From the NCBI GenBank assembly GCA_051294375.1, contig JBJCIZ010001424.1:1-7781 (forward strand): a stretch of DNA of 7,781 bases. Direction: 5' to 3'. A model generated the notes under the pieces. The model saw nothing but the letters and a program-made list of their open reading frames with translations. It was not told the origin of the DNA and did not search any database. The number at the start of each line of letters is the position of its first letter. Position 1 is the stretch's first letter. Positions 1 to 7,682 of this stretch are shown in pieces. The position numbers and the translations under genes were made by a program. The DNA is from Paraspadella gotoi (lineage: Eukaryota > Animalia > Chaetognatha).

Positions 1-1049
1 CGATAGAGTCGACGCATCCGCATGCTCAAAGATTTACGCCCGGAAGCAAATGTTTAGAAACGAAGCGTGCGTCAAATAACGGTTGTCTTCGAGATTCACA
101 TGAGACAAGCTGGAGGCGGCCGCGATGACTCAGCCCTGGGCGTCCACACCACAGATTGCGTCCCATCAGGAACTACGCCATGGTTTCAGCGCGCCTCGCC
201 CCGTCTCAAAACTACAGAAGTACTTCCATCGTACAGACTATCAGGCGCGCAGTGGACGAAAGCCATCGCGATGCTTCACAACGAATTTGGACCGACCCGA
301 TGCCTCGCCGTCACGAAATCGTTTAAAAGACTCTTATTCCGGCGCGGCAAGGCCCAACGCACGCAACAGAGATCGACGAGATTACGCGCCTCGAAAACAT
401 CGCCGCATCCGGAGGCTTAAAGAAGATTTTACGTGATTTGAATCGCGACACGGCTAATTTCGCGAATCCTGACGCGAAATTTCCTCAGTGGAAAGACCAA
501 AATTCGCCGAAGAAAACTCTCAATCAATCTTTAGAAACGCCCGAAAAACTCACGCTCACGAACTTGACTCGATTCCTCAAATTCACCTAGCGCGGTGAAG
601 TCGGGATACCATAAAAAGAAAAAGACGCACACCGACGACCTCTGTAGCGGCGGTTGCGCGCGAACGCCGGCCCCAACCCCCCCCGTCGACGAACGGTGGG
701 GCGTAGTGGACAACAGAAAGAAACAAAGGATACAGATTCATTCGATTCGTCCGACGCCAGCTGACCCCGCTTTACCAGAGCCGCACAAGAAAAAGAAAAA
801 GAGACAGCGAAAAAAGCGAAGCGTTAACAGAAGCGGCGCCCCCGGCGCCCTCCCCCGCCGAGGAAGCCTGTGATGTGCCTACCGTTACACAGCACAACTG
901 CCCGATTTATTCTGGCCGTTCAAGCCGGTACAGCAGCCGATTCAACCAACAAAGCGGCTGCACCTGCTCACTCAGATACAGGTGGCGACAAATACGCCAG
1001 GAGTCCCGTTATACACTTCGACGCCTACCAGCGCCATGTGATCCTCATT

Positions 1050-1265
1050 TGCCATATTTTGCGCGTCAATGCCACTGATCGTGGAGTGTTGGCAGGCTTT
1101 CAGGGCACTCGGCATCCAGGCCGAGAGCCGGACCTTAGCGGCAGGGCCAACGATTATGCTTTTAAAGTGTTTGTGTACGCCGTAAACCATTCTAGCGATA
1201 GATGTGCAAGAAGCGGTGTTACCATGCAACTTGTGCAGGGAACATCATCATCCCACGCTTGCCCC
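1050..1265 (+). pseudogene. BEL/Pao Gag triple zinc-knuckle, frameshifted
   Basis: Stitched across frames: C(1050)-I-F-C(1060)...H-*(TGA, probably an ancestral W)-S-W/E-C (1073-1089); R-L-C-F (1151-1162) / K-C-L (1165-1173)...N-H-S-S-D-R-C (1185-1205); L-P-C-N-L-C-R-E-H-H-H-P-T-L-(C)-P (1219-1265). This matches the known Pao Gag signature CxxC..H..C / LCFxCL..H..C / CxxC..HHxxLC. Confidence 0.75.
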
Positions 1266-1639
1266 ACGGCGCCGGGCCGCCGTGCCGCCGACAGACGCCG
1301 GTTTAATCAGGTGGCACAATTTCAGTCACCAAAACCGTTTATGCTTCAAACTCCCGCTTCCCGCCTATGCCTACACCCTGCCCTCCTCTATCCAAATCCG
1401 CACCCCCCTCCTATGCTCATTTTTCCTTCTTCCCAGCCCCTTGCCTACAGGACCCTGGGACGGCAACGCCTGCGACGACGCGCCGCAAGGAGGACGGGCT
1501 GCACTCGAGATCAAACCAAGACCAATTAACATCGGCCCTCCCCCCCGGCCAGCAGCGGCGACGCCCAGCCAGCGACGCCCACTCCGCAGCGCCGGGAACT
1601 TCAACAGTTGACTAGCGATGGCGTCCGCTCCAGGAGAGG

Positions 1640-1790
1640 CGACCTTTCGTCCCGTCGTGCGCCTGTCGTCGTCGAGCTGAACGGGCGCATACGCCTCCAC
1701 AACTTACGCACATGATCGATAGCGGCTGTAATCGCCTGCGTATTGAAAGAGAACATGCTAATGATCTTAGTATAATTGTGTGCTGCATGT
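1640..1790 (+). pseudogene. BEL/Pao aspartic protease N-terminal remnant (DUF1758-like)
   Basis: Frame +2 from 1712 reads MIDSGCNRLRIEREHANDLSII, which resembles the retropepsin motif LLDSGSxxSFIxxxxAxxLxL. Adjacent frames just upstream give TFRPVV and PVVVELNGRI..LR. It sits at the expected place after the Gag knuckles. Not in the ORF track. Confidence 0.7.
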
Positions 1791-1982
1791 AAAATGCGAA
1801 TTATAAACATTTAAGATATGATGTTGTTGTAAATTAAAAACAGTCGCCAGACATTTAACATGAACCACTTGATGGAACTTTTTCTCTTTCTATCAGCGAA
1901 GCCGATTGTGGCATGCGTTTTACTGACCATCGGAGAACGACTCCCCCAACGATGCAGAGTGTGGCTCGACAAGCCTCATCTC

Positions 1983-2232
1983 GAGGGGTAACGTGTTCCC
2001 CAATCCTCCCTAATCTGATAATAATATATATTTTTATTATAAAATAATTTTTTTTATTTCATTTAAATTATCATTTAAATTATTTTTTTTAATTATTTTT
2101 AACATTCAAATAAATTTTTTTAAAAAAATTATTTGCTATACAATTAATATATAATAAAAAAATTATTTTTAACTGAACGGGCATTTTCTGAAAAATAAGG
2201 CTCAGGATCGCACTTGTGCCGCCGGTTCTACA
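1983..2232 (+). repeat. Possible degenerate polypurine tract and 3' LTR of the BEL/Pao element
   Basis: GAGGGG (1983-1988) shortly precedes TGTT (1994-1997), a typical BEL LTR start, right at the GC-to-AT transition. A candidate ...TACA end lies at 2229-2232. No second LTR or TSD is present in the window to confirm this. Confidence 0.25.
2010..2172. repeat. AT-rich low-complexity tract
   Basis: Almost entirely A/T with long A and T runs; includes a short duplication tcatttaaatta-tcatttaaatta. Confidence 0.7.
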
Positions 2233-2656
2233 AGACTTAGTACTTACGCAGTAGTACCTAATCTTTGTTGATCCAAACGAAAGCTCGATATTAAGCGGAA
2301 AGTTGATCGATTTGACAAGAGCGATTTTTGCGATTGCTTTTGGCGATTATATTTTTGAACGGATTGTTCGGATTATGATGAAATTATGCATGTTAGCATA
2401 ATGTTGCATTCGTCTATCGAACCTACCAAATTTGAATATAAAACATGAGTTGTTAGAAACCGATGCTCAATCCCCAATATAACTAATCCATTATTGGTAT
2501 TGAATTAGTCGTTGTTTGTATTTATTGTTGTATTATATTTCACTTAAACTATTAAACATCTATATTAAACTCACTTATTCTTAAGTTTTTTCTAAAAAAA
2601 AATTTTATTTTTTTCTTTGGTTCTTGTAAAAAACATTTGTAAAATGTAATTATTTC

Positions 2657-2691
2657 CTCTCTCTCTCTCTCTATCTCTCTCTCCTCTCTCT
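2657..2691 (+). repeat. Imperfect (CT)n microsatellite
   Basis: ctctctctctctctctatctctctctcctctctct, seen directly. Confidence 0.9.
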
Positions 2692-2907
2692 ATTTCACTC
2701 TTTCACCATTTCAAAATTATCTTCTTCTCTTGTTCTTACCTTCACCTGTCCTGCTCTATCTGGCGCACTGTCCTTTAACTCAGCCCTTTGTTGGAAAACA
2801 TCTCCGGCTCAATCTCTGCTGCACTCTCCTCTCTCTCCTTAACTTAATGTGTAGAGCATTTTGATAATGTTTTTCAAAGCTGCATGAAGACTTTGCGAAT
2901 GCACAGC

Positions 2908-2932
2908 GGGAGGGGTGAGGGTCGGGGAGGGG
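2908..2932 (+). other. Potential G-quadruplex-forming sequence
   Basis: GGG-A-GGGG-TGA-GGG-TC-GGGG-A-GGGG: five G-tracts of 3 or more with 1-3 nt loops. Confidence 0.7.
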
Positions 2933-3554
2933 AAATCGGTGTAGGGTGACTCTATGACAATAAAAATGCGTTTGTATTGAGCAAACACAACAATTCCTAG
3001 CTATTATTGTGTTAAAAATATTTTTTGGCAAAAATGTTCGGCGAACCATGACGTAATTCCTCTAATTTAATCATTATTATCATTGGCTATATAATATGGC
3101 AAATACTTTTGTTTTTGGATATTTAAGTTTTTTTAATGAATTCTGATAGAGCTTAAATGAAGCAAAGAAAGCAATGATATAAAAACGAATGAATGAAAAT
3201 TTAATAAAAAATCGAAAAAATAAATTATTATAAAAATTTTAAAAAATTGATATAGTAAAGAAGCGATATCTTAAAAAGACAAGGCTACTAAAACTAAAAC
3301 TACCATTTTTAATTAACTGCATCTGATGCGAAGATAGTCTATAAAAAAATTGAATTGACGGCCAAGTATTCCTGGATGAGGAAGCCGACTTGGGATTTGC
3401 TGGGCTTCCATTGGTCAACGCCGGTCACATGATGGCATTTTTTTTTTCATCTTAATGTTATTTTGTTCCTTTTTTTGACTCTGATAAACACGCGATCTAT
3501 TGACTACCGCAAACAAAAGGGCATTTCAAGGCAAGGCGGACTGATATAAGAATT

Positions 3555-3734
3555 TAAAAGACCTTGATGATGAGAAACCAAATCTAAATTTTTAGCTTCC
3601 TATGGTTATACACTTAAACAATTTTGAATTGTAAAAAAGCGTGACAATGACAACAACGATGTCAGTGACAAAGAAGCAGAAGAAAACCAACATCTCGCCC
3701 AAGATGGGCCGAAGCTCGTCTGGCGAGATAAAAA
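3555..3734 (-). mobile_element. Putative terminal fragment of a non-autonomous Helentron (HINE/DINE-1-like)
   Basis: The minus strand reads TTTTT, then a long hairpin, then a degenerate GTC/GTT microsatellite (3641-3690), then an AT-rich core. The hairpin (+ strand) is ATCTCGCC 3692-3699 / GGCGAGAT 3722-3729, inner AGATGGGC / GCTCGTCT, loop CGAA. This T-run + inverted repeat + microsatellite order is the known HINE 5' layout. No matching second terminus found; left boundary approximate. Confidence 0.45.
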
Positions 3735-3739
3735 TTTTT

Positions 3740-3745
3740 TTTAAT
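3740..3745 (-). promoter_or_regulatory. Candidate polyadenylation signal ATTAAA for the MS4A-like gene
   Basis: ATTAAA on the minus strand, ~15 nt downstream of the TAA stop. The hexamer is common in AT-rich DNA. Confidence 0.25.
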
Positions 3746-3759
3746 CTTTTCATTTGAGA

Positions 3760-4068
3760 TTATTCTTCTGGTGGTGGTCCATTCGCATAAACTACAATTG
3801 TATTCGGCTGCTTCGGACCACAACATTTACAATAACAAGTCTTGTTAACTGCTATAGAGGTAGTGATTGTAGCCCAGAGTGTGATAACAAATGTAAGCAA
3901 GCCCACGACAATCAAAATGCAACTCATGGCAATCAGAGCATCATAATTGGAAACACAGATAATATTACAGTAGATACTATCACGATGAAGAACTACACTG
4001 CTCATTATTCCCACCACTACAATTGACGTTAATAGAGAAAAACAAACAANNNNNNNNNNTGCAATAAC
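3760..4068 (-). CDS. MS4A/CD20-like gene, coding exon 2 (102 codons + stop; TM3-TM4 and tail)
   Basis: Begins after the TTCCAG acceptor: VIAxxxxVCFSLLTSIVVVGIM...NGPPPEE*. Same frame as ORF 3760..4017. Confidence 0.8.
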   Translation of the reverse strand, partial: VIAXXXXVCFSLLTSIVVVGIMSSVVLHRDSIYCNIICVSNYDALIAMSCILIVVGLLTFVITLWATITTSIAVNKTCYCKCCGPKQPNTIVVYANGPPPEE

Positions 4069-4415
4069 CTGGAATTTAAATACCCAAGATTAAGTTTTTT
4101 TGGTATTATTAATTTTGTTTTATAATATTTATTATATGAAAATCTTACAATTGATTTTTTTTTATAAACGACTGCGCAGATGGCCAAAACACCGGTGATG
4201 AGGACAAATATTGCGGTCCATAATCCAGAATAATCATCAGGAAATTTAAGGTAATTAAAAGGGTTGAGTACGATAGCTATGATAGTGACCACTGCAATGA
4301 TGACAGCCAGAATTATTAGGATGATGCCTTGGGCTTTTGTAAAATTCACTTGCAAAACCTCTTCCATTTTTAGACGACCCGCCTCTTTGNNNNNNNNNNC
4401 TTCATTTGATTCCAT
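3760..4415 (-). CDS. MS4A/CD20-like four-transmembrane protein, ~191 aa, two exons: complement(join(3760..4068,4149..4415))
   Basis: ATG at 4415 in ACCATGG context (alternative in-frame ATG at 4367). A phase-0 intron joins ORF-track ORFs 4029..4502 and 3760..4017 in frame. The product has four hydrophobic helices: GIILIILAVIIAVVTIIAIVL; YSGLWTAIFVLITGVLAICAVVY (resembling the MS4A TM2 G-x-W...ITG.L.I motif); a short KKKS loop then IVIAxxxxVCFSLLTSIVVVGIMSSVVL; ALIAMSCILIVVGLLTFVITLWATITTSIAV. It also has a loop-2 Cys pair (YCNIIC) and a CYCKCC tail. Stop TAA at 3762-3760. Confidence 0.8.
4050..4059. other. Assembly gap / masked bases (10 N)
   Basis: Run of 10 N inside exon 2. Confidence 0.95.
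4069..4148 (-). other. 80-nt phase-0 GT-AG spliceosomal intron
   Basis: Minus strand GTAAGA...TTCCAG with a very AT-rich interior. Removing it restores a continuous 4-TM frame. Confidence 0.8.
4149..4415 (-). CDS. MS4A/CD20-like gene, coding exon 1 (89 codons; TM1-TM2)
   Basis: Open frame MESNE...KKKSI, ending at the ATT|GTAAGA donor. Confidence 0.8.
4390..4399. other. Assembly gap / masked bases (10 N)
   Basis: Run of 10 N inside exon 1. Confidence 0.95.
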
Positions 4416-5105
4416 GGTGATTTTTGATTGATTTTTGATTTTTGTTGAAAATAATCTTATTATCCACAGATCTTTAAAAACGGGGATAGATTTTGTCTTC
4501 AAATAATTTAATACAAAAATTTGATTTTTACCTTTGAAACAAATTAAAGCGACAAAAAAAGTAATAATTCATAAAAAAAAATTTTCGGTCAGAACATCAA
4601 AAATCGTCAAAAAGATTGTTATAGAATATTAGGAAATTAATAATATAATATTAAAAAAATCTAGGGTATTGCACAAAAATTTTAAAAATACTGATTTTTT
4701 TTCTCCCAAGTTCTCACTCGGTTCGGTTTCCCGTTATTATCAACATTAGATAAGTTTAACTCAAATCTGGAAAAAAATGTGATCGCGTATCAACCAATTG
4801 AGGTCAGTCAATTCGCGCATTCTTCGTGTTGTAAATTTTTTTTCTTCTCAAAAAATCTAATGATTCCCTATGTTAATTTTATTAAATAATTTGTACCACA
4901 TGATTAAAACTTAAATTAATTATTTAAAAATTATATTTAAAAAAGGGCAATCTGATAACGATGTAAGGTGAAAATAACCGGATAGTAGTATTTAAATAAC
5001 CATCCTAGAAAAAGGTACAATTAGACCAAGGCAATTTAAAAGAACTAAAACTTAACATTTAAGAGCTTATGCCTACAATACAGAGAGTAGGGAGATACAG
5101 TAGTG

Positions 5106-5192
5106 TATATATATAAATTACAATTATTATAATACATATAATATATATATATACATATATATTAATACATATAATATAATATAATAATATAT
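5106..5192. repeat. Degenerate (TA)n/(ATA)n low-complexity repeat
   Basis: Runs such as tatatatata, atacatata and ataatataatataat, seen directly. Confidence 0.8.
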
Positions 5193-7159
5193 CTTAAGCG
5201 TAAGATATAACGAGAATACTGTTAGAAGAAAACAAGTTATGGTTACAAACAAACTATTTATCTGTTTTAAAGAAAACAGACATGAGTTCAATTCTTGATT
5301 GTTCTCGAGATACTCTCGGTTGTTTAATGCCCCTTTATTATTGAATTCGTATTCCGCTTACAAAGTCATCTGATTGAATAAAGTTATTTTAAATGTAGAT
5401 CTCGGATTTCAGTCCTTTTTTCACTGTTTTCCTTACCCAACAGATTATAAAAGAGAACTTACCGTAAACTGAGGATAATTACAATGGATTCATGACAGGT
5501 CAAGTAAAGAATTTAAAATGTTAAATTTGCAATTTTATGATTAAGTTTAAAGTTGACTATTTTTTAATAAAGTTTCTCTTTTTTATGTGAGAAATAATAC
5601 TTCTACATGATTCACGCCGCAGTTATATCTACTAAATAAATATACTAAATTTAAATTCTTCAAAATTTTATATAGAAGAAATAGCAAAGCAGCTAATATA
5701 CGAGCTCGTTCATGGCGTATAACGGTAAAAATCACTCCATAGACATGTTTCAACTCTGTGGTTGCAAGAGAGGAGAGAGAGATGAGAGACGAGAAAAGTT
5801 TTGAAAGCCAAATGCGTGAAAATGAAATTAATGGAAATGTGGAATAGTTTTGAGTTGCCTCACTTTGATTGATTTTAAAAATGACGACAAAGGAGGAGTT
5901 AGAAAATGTTTTATTACAGTTTAAATGGAGAGTAAAAAGCATTTGATTTGTTTGTAACAAGCGCAAACTAAATCAAATCTATGGTTAAAAATCATGAACG
6001 GTCCTAAACCATTCAAAGTGGTCGTCAATGTCAAGACAGTGATATCGAGTTGATGCTGTTTGGATCAGGGATAAATCCTTTGGGACAACTGCTTAATACT
6101 ACTTGGCAAATGTCCACTTGAACCGCGATGCACCTGTCCGAGAGCCTCTTCTCACCTGACAGTCAAGGTGAGTAAGTCAATTCCGTTATTGCTTCTTTTG
6201 CACAGGAGTGACAGACTCCCTTCCTCTAAAGTATTCTTTTTGGAAGGGATGCGCGCGTTCGGTGGAGAGACGAACTAAGTTGCTTCAGTAGGGGGTTGGA
6301 CTTTATTTTGGCTTCCTTAACTCTGTCTCGTTCTTTTTTACCCCATCCACCTCTCCGATGTCTCTGTTCTTTGTTAAAAACCTTTATTCTCACTCTCTCC
6401 CCCTCTCGTCTTTTCTCTTCTGTATTTTTTTAGTTTGGCTGATGAAGGGAATCTCTGCAACCAATAGATTTCGAATCATGTCTGGTGTTGAAAAAAAGTA
6501 GTTGTTGTAAAAATAATTATAAAACTTTTGTTTTCCTTAAATTTCGAACGCAGACAAAAGAAAGCCAAATACATTATTATTTATTATTTTGAAAATTTGT
6601 CCTATTTTATATGATCATTATTATTGATTTTGTATTTTCTTCTGATCGCCAGAACTGCTGCTGGCGCATTTTTGTGCATCATTTTTGGGAATCAAGAATG
6701 ATCAATTTGTCAGAGAAATCCATTTGCATATCCTGTAAAGCAGAGGTTTTGTGAGGGAAGGCCTAGTTTTTGCGCAACAATAAAAGAAATATTGCTTTCT
6801 GTCACTCATTCCAATATTTTTCGTTATTTGATAGATTCTTTTTTCAGTTTTGGTTAAGTCTTACGCCTTAAAGTACCTGGATTTAAAAAAAATAAAATTT
6901 ATCTTTTAGTATTTTTCCATACATGTAAATATATTTGAAAAAAGCCTTCGTTTTTTTGGAATCAAATTCCCTATTATTTTCGGCTGATAGAAAAATAAAA
7001 ATTTCGTCGAATACTGGCTGAATCCTACCAAAAAATGAATCGACTTAGAATGCGGAGTGGTATAAAAATAAAAGAGAAAAGAGAAAGGGAGGAAAGGGAA
7101 AGTGATGAGGGGATAGTGCAAAACAATTTAGTAGTTTTATTTGCGAAATTGAAAAAATT

Positions 7160-7676
7160 TTTATGGCCACATAATATTAAATGAAATATGGCTTTCTGTT
7201 CATGTTTAACGTTATTCTACGCCAAACCCTGGTATAAAAAAACGGTGGGATAAATCTTAAAACGCTCTTGAACTGAATGGCTTTTACTAGAAAATAATCA
7301 GAAATGTCTTTACGCCACATACAATTATATCATATTAAAAACCGGTTTTTACCTGTTCATTCTTACGCCAAAATTATTTTCCAAATTTTAATATAAACCT
7401 TTACAATTATTTAAGCTTGAATATTTTTAAAATTTTTTTTGGGAAAATCATTAACGCCACATAGTGTAATTAGGAAATAATACGTTTTTGGCGTAAGTTT
7501 TTTGATGCCACCCGCGCAACAAACCACGTAAAAAAAAAATCACAAATCTGAATTCCAATACTACAATGTATTCTTATTAGAAAAAAGCGTTTTCCAAGAA
7601 TTTTGGTTGAAATATCCTTGAAAGCAGTAAGAGGCAGAAACGTTACTCCAAATTGACATAAATCAGTTGGCGTAAT
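7160..7676. repeat. Degenerate ~145-bp periodic repeat with clustered TTACGCCA-type motifs in both orientations (possible DNA-transposon subterminal region or old satellite)
   Basis: GCCACATA at 7166, 7314 and 7456 (spacing 148, 142). TACGCCAAA at 7218 and 7364 (spacing 146). CTGTTCAT in both full units. Reverse copies TTTGGCGTAAG at 7487 and TTGGCGTAA at 7667. Confidence 0.5.
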
Positions 7677-7682
7677 CAATAT

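Larger units (their letters stand above)
1..1990 (+). mobile_element. Decayed BEL/Pao-type LTR retrotransposon internal region (gag-protease); runs off the left edge of the window
   Basis: GC-rich block that contrasts sharply with the AT-rich DNA after ~2010. Motifs occur in BEL/Pao order: a DUF1759-like Gag segment (TTEVLPSYRLSGAQWTKAIAMLHNEFG in ORF 67..420, a weak by-eye match), three Cys/His knuckles (1050-1265), a Pro-rich linker, then protease DSG (1718-1726). Many frameshifts and stops. Right boundary approximate. Confidence 0.75.

Noticed and set aside
457-490. Inverted repeat AATTTCGCG/CGCGAAATT next to a minus-strand CTGAGGA, as a hammerhead
   Set aside because: The stem is followed by AGCC rather than GAAA, and there are no stems I or III.
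595-873. Lys/Arg-rich ORF (HKKKKK twice) as an NLS-bearing or protamine-like protein
   Set aside because: It comes from A-rich runs inside the decayed gag and starts at GTG; no independent support.
67-1700. Overlapping ORFs of 60-219 aa as independent genes
   Set aside because: They arise from GC-rich, frameshifted retroelement sequence, and the conserved motifs hop between frames.
2235-2450. Coding-looking stretch (e.g. SKRKLDIKRKVDRFDKSDF)
   Set aside because: Stops in all three + frames, no recognisable domain and no splice support.
3692-3742. Hairpin plus T-run as a rho-independent terminator or SECIS
   Set aside because: Eukaryotic context, five A's separate the stem from the T-run, there is no in-frame TGA in the readable CDS, and no AUGA/GA SECIS core.
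3754-4026. Plus-strand 90-aa ORF
   Set aside because: Antisense shadow of exon 2 of the 4-TM gene, with a non-ATG start.
4029-4502. 157-aa single-exon ORF as given
   Set aside because: It starts at TTG upstream of the Kozak ATG and reads through the AT-rich intron into the wrong frame.
5188-5209. Perfect 9-bp inverted repeat TATATCTTA/TAAGATATA
   Set aside because: Adjoins TA low-complexity DNA, where such palindromes are expected by chance.
5465-5506. CTGAGGA...GACAGGTC as a second hammerhead
   Set aside because: No GAAA and no convincing stem II.
7160-7676. CRISPR-like array
   Set aside because: The shared words are only 8-12 nt, occur in both orientations with variable spacing, there are no cas genes, and the context is eukaryotic.
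5583-7679. Minus-strand ORFs 5583..5966, 6906..7121 and 7470..7679 (also 2780..3049)
   Set aside because: F/L/S/K-biased translations of low-complexity AT-rich DNA, mostly with non-ATG starts and no recognisable motifs.
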